This document shows positions 28,421 through 41,466 of a stretch of 64,000 nucleotides of DNA, piece after piece. The notes beneath the pieces were generated by a model. It made no database searches and was not told the DNA's origin. It saw nothing but the letters and a program-made list of their open reading frames with translations. Source of the stretch: Octopus vulgaris. Its lineage: Eukaryota. The stretch covers positions 33,790,001-33,854,000 of the forward strand of contig OX597828.1 of assembly GCA_951406725.2 (NCBI GenBank), read 5' to 3'. A program made the translations under genes and the position numbers. Within the stretch, counting starts at the first letter, position 1; every line of letters starts with the position of its first letter.

Positions 28421-28907
28421 TAATTGTTACAGACGACAACAAACATTAAGGCAAGGCATACATATCAAGTGGTATACAATATTATAATTGGAAAAAATTC
28501 AAAGTCTTACAGCTGTTTCTGGGCTATCCCCAAGTATGGGATATTCCATCATCAGACAAGTGTTCATGGTGTTTAGCGATTTGCTGTGCTTGCAAAGAGC
28601 CATCAGTCATAGTTGTGGCCAGTGCTGGTGTCACTTGAAGGCACCTGTGCCAGTGACACATAAAAAGCACTCACTACACTCTCGGAGTGGTTAGCATTCA
28701 GACGGGAATCCAGCCACAGAGACCATGCCGAATCAGACTGGAACCTGACGAAGCTCTCCAGCTTCCCAGTTCCGGTCAAACAGTCTAACCTACGCCAGCA
28801 TGGAAAGCAGATGCTAAATGATAGTGATGATGATATATACACATGTATACAAAAATACGTACATATATATATATATATATATACACATATGTACATACTT
28901 TTATAAA

Positions 28908-28942
<35 letters not shown>

Positions 28943-30207
28943 CACATACTTTTATACATATATATATATATATACACACATACTTTTATACATACATATA
29001 CGTACAGATATATATATATACACACATACATACATATATACATATACATACATACATACATATACATATATCTATATGTATATACATACATATATATACA
29101 CATACATACATATGTATATATATATACATACATATGTATATAATATACATACATAGATATATATACAAATATACACACACACATATATATGTATGTATGT
29201 ATGTACACATACACAACAGATACATAAAATATACTTTCTATATAATATATATATGTATATAATTATATATATTTTATATATAAATTATAGAAAAAAAAAC
29301 TCCCACAGATATTTGCATATGTGTGTGTATGAAGATATTTCGTACATGTTTACAGATGTGCATGCATGCATATCTACCAGATATATATATATACATATAT
29401 ATAATGGTTTATTGAAGCAACAGAGACCATAAGGCTTCTTCTCCACAACGGTGATGTCACTGACATAACCTCAGCTTCTGCAATGTTAAGAGCATTGATG
29501 TCAAAGTTTCCGTTTTTAAGACTCTGTTCTATCACGCACTTTTCAGACATATTGTCTCCAGTTATAAAAACTGAAATAAGTGCAATTAAGTGGTGTACCA
29601 AAATTTACAATCGATGGCTGCTCGACCTGCCAAAAATAGCACCTAAATAACCATGAAAATATACTTTACCACTTTTTGAAAATATAAAGGACATATTTAA
29701 TAATGGAGTAGTGAAAGCTTATCTGAAAATAAGATGGGATGGTCATAACAAGAACACTTTGATCATAGATATATTTGATCTGAGCTAACCTAGGGTTCAG
29801 CAGAAACAATCCCACATCAATATTTTCACCCAGATTGCCTGTTACTCAACCATGAATGTATGTGTGCATGTATGCATATATATGTGTGTTTTGTGCATGT
29901 ATGCATATATCTATGTCTGTATTCATATGCATAGATACATATACTGAACTACAGTAATCCCATGTGATATCGTGGTTCAGCTGTCACAGTTCACTTGTCA
30001 CGGTTCACCTGTTGTAGTTTATTATTTAAGTTTGTGGTGTTGTTTTGCATTTATAATAAAATAAATATATACAAAAAATAATTTTAAAAATAATTAAAAA
30101 AAATATACAGTACAGTACTGCTTCCACTTTGCGGATTTTCACCTATCATGGGGCTGGGGAGGGGGCATAACACCCACGAAAGTCAAGGGATTACTATATA
30201 TATATTT

Positions 30208-30610
30208 CTTTTTTCTTTTACTTGTTTCAGTTGTTTGACTGCGGCCATGCTGGAGCACCACCTTTTTAATCAAGCAGATCGACTCCAGGATTTATTCTTT
30301 GTAAGCCTAGTACTTATTCTATCAGTCTCTTTTTGCCGAACTACTAATTTATGGAGGACGTAAACACACCAATATCAGTTGTCAAACGATGGTGGTGTGA
30401 ACAAACACAGACACACAAACATATACGTATATATACATATATATATGACAGGCTTCTCTAAGTTTCCATCTACCAATTCCACTCACAAGGTTTTGGTCGG
30501 CCCGAGGCTATAGTAGAAGACACTTGCCCAACGTGCCACGCAGTGGGACTGAACCCAAAACCATGTGGTTGGTAAGCAAGCTACTTACCACACAGCCACT
30601 TCTGCACCTA
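30208..30610 (-). mobile_element. SINE family A
   Basis: Full-length reverse-oriented copy. Confidence 0.8.
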
Positions 30611-31489
30611 TATATTTCATTTTATATAGAACAGTGATTCTCAACTGGGGTCCACATGTCCCTTTGGGGTCAATCTAAGATTGAGTTCTTAAAATTTAAC
30701 TGCAATATATTTGTTTATAGATCTACAATACACAAAACATTTTAGTTCTTTTATATAACCCCTAAATACTAATTTGATTAAAGAAATACAGCAGGGTTTT
30801 TTAAATATACAGTGAATGTTTATTAAGATTCAGTAGAGTAAAATAGGAATAAAAAGGGGGTCTATAGGTAAAATATGTTTAAGGACCACCAATACAGAGT
30901 TTGCCGTCAAGGACAAGTGATTCTCAACTGGGGTCCACATGTCCCTTTGGGGTCAATCTAAGATTGAGTTGCAATACTTCCTGATATTGGTTTATAATTT
31001 TGGCACAATGTCAGTAATTTCAAGGAGGGGGCAGGAAGGGGTTAAGGCTACTAGATCAACCCCAGTGCTCTACAGGTACTTATTTTATCAAACCCGAAAG
31101 GAATGAAAGGCAAAGTTGACCTCAACGGAATGTGAACTCAGAAAAGATGGTGATACATGAATGGTTCTCCGTCAGTTTCTACATTGAAGATTCAGTTGTT
31201 TAATCATCTGAATTACCTGTTCCTGAATTTGCCCCCCTCCCCCACCATGGCTCACAGTGTAACAAGGTTGTACCTGTGAATCAGATATAATACATTCAAA
31301 GGGCTTCTAACTAGTTTCTATCTAACCAATTCCACTCACAAATTATAAGGTCAACTAGCAGCCATAAAAAAAATTACACTTGCCCTAGGTGCCATACAGT
31401 GGAATTCAACTCAAGCCCTTGTGGTTGCATAGCAAACTTCTTTTAAGCATTCAGCTATAAGATAAAAGAATAGAGACTTTCTTCCATCA

Positions 31490-31808
31490 GGGATGACCAT
31501 GGGATTGCACTCGGATTCCTTCTGAGGCACAAGTCCAGGCAAGGCTGTTTTGTGGAAGACCAGCAGTCACCCATGCATACCAGCCTCTCCTCTCCATACC
31601 ACTGATGTTGTCCAACGGAAAGGCAAAGGGGCTGATACAGCTTAGCACCGGTGATGTCGAAACTCATTTCTGCCACTGAGTGAACTGGAGCAACGTGAAA
31701 TAAAGTGTCTTGCTCAAGAACACAACACGCAGCCCGGTACGGGAATTTAACTCACTACTTCATGATTTTGAGCTCAATACTCTAATCACTGAGCCATGTG
31801 CCTTCACC
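31490..31808 (-). mobile_element. tRNA-derived SINE (further family)
   Basis: Minus strand begins gaaggcacatggctcagtg (A box), has a B-box-like gagttaaattcc, then a tgtgttcttgagcaagacac core also seen at 41940-41990 and 45210-45310. Confidence 0.6.
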
Positions 31809-32113
31809 ATTCAACCAAACATTATATATTACACACGTGAGCACGCACGCACACAAACACATACGGAAGCACAAGCACTCGATCACACAGACCGTCATTG
31901 AATTTTAGTTTAAAACCAAAAGAAAATTCACATGTGGTACGTTATGCTTTCAATAAACACGATTTTCTTTTTACCATGAAAAGAATATTTTTCCTCGCTG
32001 AAACAGGAAATTATTTGTAAGAATTATAATTTTCCATTTAATAATCAATGCTTTTAAAAATAAGCTGACTACTATTAAACGTCATACAGAAAGATAGGGG
32101 GAAGAGTGAGAGG

Positions 32114-32162
<49 letters not shown>

Positions 32163-32674
32163 ATAGAGTGGATTATTTGAGAGAGAGAGAGATAGAGACG
32201 AAGGAGAAGAGAAAAACTTTTCTACAGAATGTAAAATTGCAATAATTACCTCCCTTGCAAGTTAAGACGCGAAGATGTTAGCGAGTTAACAAAAATAGAT
32301 TCTAGACATATTAATTTGACCTTGTAACATCTCAATCCAACATACACGTCAACTGACGTGCTGCTACAGTTTATTTCCACTAAAATCTATATTGTCCTAA
32401 ATATTTTGTATTTAATATTCTAATTTCGAAAGAACATTAACCGAAATAGTAGTTTAAATAAGAACCAAGTTCGATAACTCTATACCAACTATATCGTTCT
32501 GCGTTAAAGAGAGATGGTAGATGTTATGATATGACCTGAGTTACGTAGATTAGTTTATTGATTGAGACGTAGTTATAGGTAAAAGAGTTGGACATTATCA
32601 TCAAACGTTAGATGAGGGAAACAGTGGCACAAACAAATCCATACGTAACATAGGAGAGCTAATTAGAAATATTG

Positions 32675-33534
32675 TTTTCTGCTCTAGACACAAGGACCGA
32701 AATTTGGGGGTAGGGGGGCAGTCGATTAGATCGGCACCAGTACGCAACTGGTACTTAATTTATCGACGCCGAAAAAATGGCAGGCAAAGTCGACCTCGAG
32801 GGAATTTGAACTCAGAATGTAACGGCAGACGAAATACTGCTAAGCATTTTGCCCGGCGTGCTAACGTTTCTTTCTTCTTTATTGCCCACAAGGGGCTAAA
32901 CACAGAGAGGACAAACAAGGACAGACAAAGGGATTAAGTCGATTATATCGACCCCAGTGCGTAACTGGTACTTAATATATAGACTCCAAAAGGATAAAAG
33001 GCAAAGTAGGACTCGACGGAATTTGAACTCAGAGCGTAACGGCAGACGAAATACTGCTAAGCATTTTGCCCGGCGTGCTAACGTTTCTTTCTTCTTTATT
33101 GCCCACAAGGGGCTAAACACAGAGAGGACAAACAAGGACAGACAAAGGGATTAAGTCGATTATATCGACCCCAGTGCGTAACTGGTACTTAATATATAGA
33201 CTCCAAAAGGATAAAAGGCAAAGTAGGCCTCGACGGAATTTGAACTCAGAAGCGTAACGGCAGACGAAATACTGCTAAGCATTTTGCCCGGCGTGCTAAC
33301 GTTTCTTACTTCTTTATTGCCCACAAGGGGCTAAACATAGAGGGGACAAACAAGGACAAAGGATTAACTCGATTACATCGACACCAGTGCGCAACTGGTA
33401 CTTAATTTATCGACCCCGAAAGGATGAATGGTAAAGTCGACCTCGGCGGAATTTGACCTCAGAACGTAGCGGCAGACGAAATACTACTAAGCATTTCGCC
33501 CGACGTGCTAACGTTTCTGCCAGCTCGACATCTT
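32675..33534 (-). mobile_element. Four-unit concatemer of tRNA-derived SINE family C
   Basis: Head-to-tail units of about 217 bp with a gcctttcatcctttcggggtcgataaattaagtacc-type core. 18-bp TSD agctaattagaaatattg at 32657-32674 and 33535-33552. Confidence 0.85.
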
Positions 33535-35068
33535 AGCTAATTAGAAATATTGCTGTAGTGTTGTTTTGGTTATTGTTTTTTAAACAAGACTAACGTTTTC
33601 AGAGAGGAAACTTGATCACATTGAAATAATTACTCTGTCAGTAATTTATTTTATTGATCCCAGAAGGACAGAAAGAAAAATCAGAACATAACACATTAAT
33701 TCACGCTTTTTCCCCTTTTTTAAAAAAACCTTAAGAGTTAAATACAGTCGAAAGAGATCCTGAAATACTTAATGGTTTTGACGTGAATGTGACAAAAATT
33801 AATCCTTAAAACCCACCGATCCCCGTCTCAATGAAGCGTTATACAACAAATAATGGTTCTTCATAGCAGCATAAGAATAGAAACTTGGAGAATTAGGGAA
33901 TATTTGATTGACTGTTACTTAATTTTTCAAACACCAACGAAGAGAGAAAAGTCAGTCGTCAGTCCGAGAATGTTGTGAATTTACAATTTAGGGAAACATT
34001 GTACCATATTCAGTTCCACGTTCCAGGATTTCTATCCAGGACCGTCTTAACAGTATCACGGGCCCCGGGGAAAATCAGTGCTCTAAGCACAATAGTATTT
34101 ATTTCTTGACAGCAAGCCACATTATACACAGATCAGATTTTGTCTTCTAGAACAGTGTTTCTCAACCTTTTTACCCTTGCTTAACCCTCAAAATAAATGA
34201 CATGTCTCAAGGAACCCCTGCACTAAAAAAAAAATTATATACCATATCTTTCTGATGCGTTTTCATCGTAATTCACATGGTAAATGTCATATATATATAA
34301 CCGCCCAGTGTCTCCATGTCTTACGACGACACTGTTTCTATAATATTCAACTCAAATAATAATAATTTTTAAACTTGGTAGAAGGTCACAATTTTTAGCT
34401 GTCCCTTAAACTCAGTCTCAGTATCGGACTGCTAAGTATTTTTTCAAGTCTTCGGAAGAATGGAAGACAAAAGTGAACACCGTTCAGACATGGTCACCTT
34501 AAGGGAAGGGGCATAACTAAATATAAACTCATTGTGAAGTCCTTGAGCAATTTCAAAACTATATAATTTTAGTTTCATATTTGGCGGGATTAAATTGTGT
34601 TATGGGATAAGTAAAAGAATTTATTACATTATTAAATCAATTGTTTTTTCTCTTGAGCGTTAATTTTCAGCAATATCTATAGTCCTTGTGTATACAAATT
34701 GTGATGCGATCTTGAAGTTCAAAAAATACGATATGAAGTTGATTTTTGAAGTTCTTCTCTGAATCTAGAATGCTAAAGCTGAAGAACGAAGTTCAGTTAA
34801 ATACACAGTTGTCATAACATGTCCCCATGAAATAAAATTTATAGCTTTGTCACGTATAGAAGTAAATCTATAAAACTTTAAAATCACACCGTCTTTCTCA
34901 TGGCCGTGTAAGGTAGAGAGCATTTCGTCTGACTTTCTACCGACTCCTATAAGCTCTATAAATGAATGCTACACTGCCTGACAGTTGTGAGGGTTCGCAA
35001 AAATTGAATAAACCAACGCCAATACATCACAAATATATATTTATTTTTATTATTATAATTATTATTAC

Positions 35069-35102
<34 letters not shown>

Positions 35103-35222
35103 GATTTTCAGGAGGAATGAAACACGAAGTCAGGAAGTGAAGAATTTAGAGTTTTAAATAAGTGGAATTACGAAACTGAATACCAAACTGAATTTCTAAG
35201 AATTCTGCATCTTCCCCACCTG

Positions 35223-35273
<51 letters not shown>

Positions 35274-36092
35274 GACAGTTCTTCATGACATCGGTTAGTG
35301 TTTTGAGATAGTTTTACAATCTTATGTCTATTTGGCATCCATCTTGCTGTCAACCTATGGTTTAATTCTTATTAACAATAAAAAAATTACCGATACAAAC
35401 TGAATACAATCAATTCTCAAAAACAAAAAAAAAAACGGTGCAGTAAACGCAAGAATTTGGCACCAATTGGCACATTTGCATTTCGTCGTGACAGATTTAG
35501 ACAGACGCACAAATTTAAACGTATTTAATGAACAAGAGTTACCTCCCTGTATAGTTGAAAAGAACAAAAGAAAATTTCCAAGGGAGATAACTCAGTGACT
35601 TCATCAGGTACTTCAATTTTTTTATACTCAGTAATTAATATTTCCTCGTCCAAGAATAATGAAAAGACCCTAGATTCTGATTGACGATTCTGATTAGTTC
35701 CCAAAAGTTTCCACTTGAGTTAAAGCATCTCTGATGCTTAATTCAGCGACATCAACGCTAAAAATGTTACTCATTAGGACAGCTTTCAATGATAATAAAA
35801 TTAAAAACAATACTAATTCATTCTAGAGACACAAAGCCTGACATTTTGGAGGAAGGGTTTGGTCGATTACGCCGACCATATTAATTACTGGTACTATATT
35901 TTATCAACCCCTAATAAGAGGAAAAGCAAAGAATGTGGCTGTGTGGTAAGTAGCTTGCTTACCAACCATATGGTTCCGGGTTCAGTCCCACTACGTGACA
36001 CCTTGGGCAAAAAGCTCAGTTTCCAGCCAATTTTGGCCCAGTTTTAATTCTACTGATACCATTTCACCTCAAGTGGTTTCAAAAAGGGCTTT

Positions 36093-36123
<31 letters not shown>

Positions 36124-36442
36124 TCCAGTATTTATCTCACTTTGTATAGGGCCTGCTTTGTATTTATTGATGTGACAGGGGCCACACACCAGTCAACACG
36201 TCACAATGTATCTCGAGCAATGCTCTAACAATCCCACCAGTCCATCACTGTGGGTTGGCAATTTAGCTTGTTTTTTTTATTAACCCCACCAAAAGATGAT
36301 AGGCAGAGTTGACCTTGGGTTATTTGAACTCGGAGTACAAAGAGCTGAAACAAATACCATGAAGCATTCTATCTGACACTCCAACAATTTTGCCAATTCG
36401 CTGGTGTGGATTAAATATTAGCACATTTATTTTATATATATA

Positions 36443-36820
36443 CTAGCAGTATCGCCCGGCGTTGCTCAGGTTTGTAAGGGAAATAACTATATAAGCATGT
36501 TTAGAGAGTTATAGCCAAAAAATAGCAAAAAATGCATTAAAAATGGAAAAAGAATTATGGTAATTTTTTTTTTAAATCGTTGACTCATCGTAGACATTTT
36601 TAGAGAGTTACTTCCCTTATATAATAGCGAAAAAAATGATGGTAAATTTTTTTTTAAATTGTAGACTCATCGTAGACGTGCGCTAATACCCAGAAGGGCT
36701 CGATATGAATCACGACTATAAGATACCCGGTTTTGGTTAAACTGCACTGCAAAATGTGGGAGTAGTTAGGAACCTAAATCGTAGGAGACAGACACACAAC
36801 TTGACTTTTATATATAAAGA
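36443..36820 (-). mobile_element. Non-autonomous Helitron
   Basis: Minus strand runs 5' TC...hairpin...tactgCTAG at an A|T site. Near-identical to 40634-41029. Confidence 0.75.
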
Positions 36821-37177
36821 TATATATATATATATCACATATACATATGTATGTACATATGTGTGCATAAATGGACAGACACAGACCAACAGATAGCTGC
36901 TGCACATGTATACAGAGATCTAAGCAAACTCTTTTGAGAAAGTATTTTATCGACCACAAAAGGATGAAAATAAAGCTTACCTTGGCAGAATTTGAACTCA
37001 GAGTCTAAAAACAGGCAAAATGCCACTAAGCAATTTGCCTGGCATGCTAACCATTCTGCCAGTTTGCTGGCTTAAATTAACCCCTTCATAATAAATACTT
37101 TATTTCATCTGTTTCTGTTTGTCTTTCAGGGGTTGTGTGTAAAGGAAAGGGTATGTTAATAATAAATATTGACTTAC

Positions 37178-37266
37178 CTAAATACGTATACCATTTGTTT
37201 ATTTCCAAGACCCCACACATGCTGGTCACTGCTACACAAGGCATGTACGGAGAGGTGTTTCACAAA
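37178..37266 (-). CDS. LRRK1: LRRK1-like exon, WD40-like region
   Basis: Long pyrimidine tract ending cttcaag and donor gtaagt. FVKHLSVHALCSSDQHVWGLGNKQMVYVF. 89 nt, phase 0 to 2. Confidence 0.78.
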
Positions 37267-37514
37267 CTTGAAGACAAAAAGAAAAACAGAGAAGAAAAAA
37301 GAAAGCGGCTTCAGTAATCTTCCTCTTATCCATTGCTCAAAGAGCGAAAACACTCAGGAAAAACAGAAACAGAAAATGGGTTGTGAATTAGGGTCAAGGT
37401 TGGACTGAGAAGGAAGAGAATAAAGCAGATAATAATGAAGAAGCCAGGGAAAAAAAGGGCACATGGGTTAGTTTACACAGAGAAATAAGGAAAATAATTG
37501 TGTAAATAAGTTAC

Positions 37515-37630
37515 CTTGCTCTCCACACATTTATTTCGGTAAAAGGTGTAGATTTCCAGCATATTTTTATCAGCCAGGTGAGTGCTTAGCCAGAGCTGGG
37601 TGTAACTTTCCCCAGCATCTCGTAGATTTT
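37515..37630 (-). CDS. LRRK1: LRRK1-like exon, start of WD40-like region
   Basis: Acceptor gcctttttag and donor gtaact. (E)NLRDAGESYTQLWLSTHLADKNMLEIYTFYRNKCVESK. 116 nt, phase 1 to 0, fitting both neighbours. Confidence 0.8.
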
Positions 37631-38690
37631 CTAAAAAGGCAAGATATGTTTGTATAATGAGAAGGGGAGAAAAGGAGAGAGAGAGATGAAGGGGGAGAGA
37701 CAGAAAGAGAGAGTGGAACAGGGAGGGAAATTAGGGATTTAAATGTGATCGTACATGTAGAGTCTGAATAATATATTGGAAGATCAATGGATTGGGATGC
37801 TTGTCATGATAAGTCTGCTGATCAGAGCTGACCTGGGACTAGACACCATTGACAACAACAAAATATGTTATATCCAAGGAAATCTGCAAGAAAATTACAG
37901 ATCTCTGCAAGCAGAGATCTATAAACTGCCAACCAAACATATGAGATACCATGAGACAAAAGCTGGTACTATGTTTTAGTACGTATGTGTGTGTGGATGA
38001 CGACGGTGGTGGTGGTGGTCATCATCATTGTCATCATCTTCTGCTCATTTTGCATAGTGGCATGGGTTGGGTGGTTTGACAGGAGCTGGTAAGCCAGGGG
38101 ACAGTGCCCAGCTCTACTGTCAGTCTTACAGACATGACTTTTTCTAAAAAAAACACCAATATATATTGGAAGGAGATAAAAATCCTTCCATTGGCAGTTA
38201 ACAAGAATGCCAGATGCATTTCAAAATACTATTCAATGTTTATTCACCATTTTCCTATCTGCTGGAAGCAACAAATCTTGTTTAAAGATATGTCTAGCTA
38301 GGAGTACACACCAATGACAAGGCCCAACGATGTTGAGAGGCATCTGACATTCTCTCTAGTTATTGCTGGAATGATTTTTCATCTCCTGACAAATACAGAG
38401 TTTTTAAACACAGCAGGTCCATAAGAGACGTTATCTTGGGCTGAATACTGCAGTAAACTTGCCTTTCAACAATGTATTTACATGAACCCTTTTGCATTCA
38501 GATTACTCTGTCAAATGTAATGCTTACTTATTTAATACTGTTTTGAAGTAATCAGGCATTATCTCATAGCTTTGAGATTTCGATGATGTGAATGTTTATA
38601 TTTTAGAATGACATTGCAGGGTAGGTGTGAGAGACTGGATCTGGCCAGTTTAAGTGCTAAAGAGATGGACGATATGTAGATTTTATATAA

Positions 38691-38723
<33 letters not shown>

Positions 38724-39308
38724 CGCACATACATATAAACAAACATACACACAAACATATAAACATAGACACCTACACATAACACATACCTACAAATATA
38801 CATACATAGATATATTTAAGTACTATTTTAAGTACTGATATGTCTAATATTAATTGGCACATTCCCGAAACGGCCCGTAGATGGACTTCTGTATATCTTA
38901 TATTTTTGTAAGCTTGTATATGTATTATATTCTATGTGCTATTCGCTGGAATTTTATTCGTCTTTTGATATGCCATATTTTTATTTTATTATCATTATAT
39001 TTATTTCTCTTATTTTAACAGTTTTAAGCATGTTATATCCAAAATTTATATTTATATTTTTATTTGTATATGATACTTATATATTACTGAATTTATAAAT
39101 TGGTATATAAGATTTGTATGTGTTTGGTCTATCTTTGAATTTTGTGATGTTCCTGTGGTTGTTGCTCGCACTGCCTCCCCTTGGATAAAAAAAGTACATA
39201 CATATATATATACATATATATAAACACACATACATATATATATAAACACAGACATACATACATATATATGTGAGTTATAATGCAAATGATAATGCGAAGA
39301 CAGCTTAC

Positions 39309-39522
39309 CATATGCACATGACTCTGATAATGAGGATCCATAAAAGAATATGCATGATGCCAAAACAGTTACAGCAGCTTCAAGTGAAACGGCATCCATA
39401 AAGTGGCAAAACTCTGTACAACTTGCTAATTTAATGATGTCGTCCATAGAAGGACGCTCTTTGGCTTCCTGCGACCAGCAGAGTGTCATCAAATCAAGAA
39501 AATGGGAAGGACATTCGGTCTC
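39309..39522 (-). CDS. LRRK1: LRRK1-like exon, kinase subdomain XI and linker
   Basis: Acceptor attctccag and donor gtaagc. ETECPSHFLDLMTLCWSQEAKERPSMDDIIKLASCTEFCHFMDAVSL. 214 nt, phase 0 to 1. Confidence 0.92.
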
Positions 39523-39555
39523 CTGGAGAATAACAAATATTGATGATATTATGAT

Positions 39556-39588
<33 letters not shown>

Positions 39589-39589
39589 T

Positions 39590-39850
39590 AATTCTTTTTA
39601 TTGGCCACAAGGGCTGACAAATATGATTAGAAAACATAAAGGTACAAAACAGGACGAAAGGTTACAAAAGGTTTTGTCCGTTTTTCGAAAGAGAAAGGTT
39701 CGTGTAAACAAGCTTCACAACAACGAAAAAATTCAACAATTTACAAAACTCCCAATAGAGGAGACGCTTCGAAAAAAGAAAAGGTCTCACGTGGAAAAAC
39801 CCATAAAAGCCACAGGAGCCTAGTCAAAAGGTGGGTAGAGAGCCCCTTTC
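39590..39850 (-). mobile_element. Probable LINE 3' end with (ATT)n tail
   Basis: Minus strand ends ...cagcccttgtggccaataaaaagaatt(att)n, resembling the SINE C tail. Confidence 0.45.
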
Positions 39851-40402
39851 TCCTTTTATAATACCTTAACTGATTGGAAGTGTTATCATGTACATTGTTT
39901 TGTCATGGTATAAAAGATGGGCTACAGCAAATATTCTGCTCAACACCACAGATTTGCTTGTCAGTTGTTTGACCGTAACCAGTTGAGCATGACCCTTGGT
40001 GGCTGACGATGTGTGCATCCCTGATCACAAGCAGAAGTTGTGGGGGAGCATTATAGTCATGTGTTGAGAGGGATTCTTTGGGGTTTGGATAATTCACCTC
40101 TGTAAACATGGGTGCTTTGTTCATCATCCTTAAACAACCTTTATTCAGGGACCTTTTGAGCGGGATGGGCTACTTGACCTGAAGAAAATTCTAACAGGAC
40201 TCCACCTGCAAGGTCATGCACTCTTTATCTTGATATGAGATCACCATGTCACGTACGTATGGTTGTGATGCATGTGCCTGGTGTACCCTTATCAGACGGG
40301 TATTTATGATGGCTACATTAGGCTTCGTATACCCCAGTGTCACTTTGATGGCATGCATTGCTCTCTCACTCAATAATAATAATAATAATCATTATTATTA
40401 TG

Positions 40403-40441
<39 letters not shown>

Positions 40442-40633
40442 ATCCTTTCTACTAAAGGCACCAGGCCTGAAACTTGGGGGGGGGGCTAGTCAATTACATC
40501 AACCCCAGTGCTTGACTGGTACTTATTTAATGAGTCCTGATGAAATGATTGAAACATGGAATGGCAGTGAAGAGAGGCCCCCAAATAAGAGAATGCACCA
40601 TTTTAGAACTGGTTCTATTTAATATATATATTA

Positions 40634-41029
40634 CTAGCAGTATCGCCCAGCGTTGCTTGGGTTTGTAAGGGAAATAACTATAAAGCATTTTTAGAGAGTT
40701 ATAGCCAAAAAATAGCAAAAAGTGCATTAAAAATGGAAAAAAAAAAATTATGGTAAATTTTATTTTAAATCGTTGACTCATCGTAGACATTTTTAGAGAG
40801 TTACTTCCCTTATATTAAAAAAATATGCATTAAAATGGAAAAAAATAATGGTAAATTATTTTTTAAATCGTAGACTCATCGTAGACTCGCGCTAATACCC
40901 AGAAGGGCTTGATATGAATCACGACTATAAGATACCCGGTTTTGGTTAAACTGCACCGCAAAATGTGGGAGTAGTTAGGAATCTAAATTGGAGTAGACAG
41001 ACACACAACCTTTCTTTTATATATAAAGA
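40634..41029 (-). mobile_element. Non-autonomous Helitron
   Basis: Same family and termini as 36443-36820. Confidence 0.75.
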
Positions 41030-41254
41030 TTACCTAAACATTGCTTCAATTGAACTCAGGTTTAGGATTTTATGGATAAAAACAGCCAAACCATTGCATC
41101 AAACATTTAATCCAAACTAGTTTTATAATCATAAGATAGAAAATATAAGCTTTCATTAGTAGTTGGCCTTTTTTCTTATTTTTTTTGATGCATCTGTCCC
41201 AGGAGTGAAAAACTATAAGAGTTCATCATCTAATGTGCTACTTCTATCAAAGAA

Positions 41255-41466
41255 TCAAAAACACTCGGATTCTTGAAATTAGTAGCCCGCGCTCCTAACC
41301 ATATGACATATAATAATAATAACATCGAAAAAAACCTTAGGAATGAGAACCCAGGTTCGAAATTTCCCCAAGACACCTGATGAAGGCTGGAGGATATATC
41401 AGCCGAAACGTTGTGTTAACAACAAACAAGATGAGGACAAATATCCATCAAATGTAAATAATGTAC
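41255..41466 (+). mobile_element. Same tRNA/HHR element: inverted head fragment plus HHR-bearing tail
   Basis: Reverse-oriented tRNA-head remnant (about 41255-41310) followed by a plus-strand tail nearly identical to 4800-4945. Confidence 0.7.
41372..41417 (+). ncRNA. Minimal type I hammerhead ribozyme motif (intact copy)
   Basis: gacac-CTGATGA-a-ggctg(gaggatatat)cagcc-GAAAC-GTT-gtgtt. Stem I is gacac/gtgtt, stem II is ggctg/cagcc, stem III is the palindrome AACGTT, and the predicted cut follows GUU at 41412. Confidence 0.75.

Noticed and set aside
34665-35757. Two phase-2 minus-strand acceptors followed by short open frames ending in stops (near 34778 and 35757)
   Set aside because: There is no donor or homology support and such frames are expected by chance. 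They cannot be excluded as alternative last exons without RNA data.
37130-37151. Plus-strand micro-exon-like signal (ctttcag...gtatgt)
   Set aside because: It is isolated, with no other plus-strand exons found.
38300-38386. Acceptor-like tttgtcag between the 39309 and 37630 exons
   Set aside because: Stops occur in all three frames shortly after it, and the flanking exons already join in phase.
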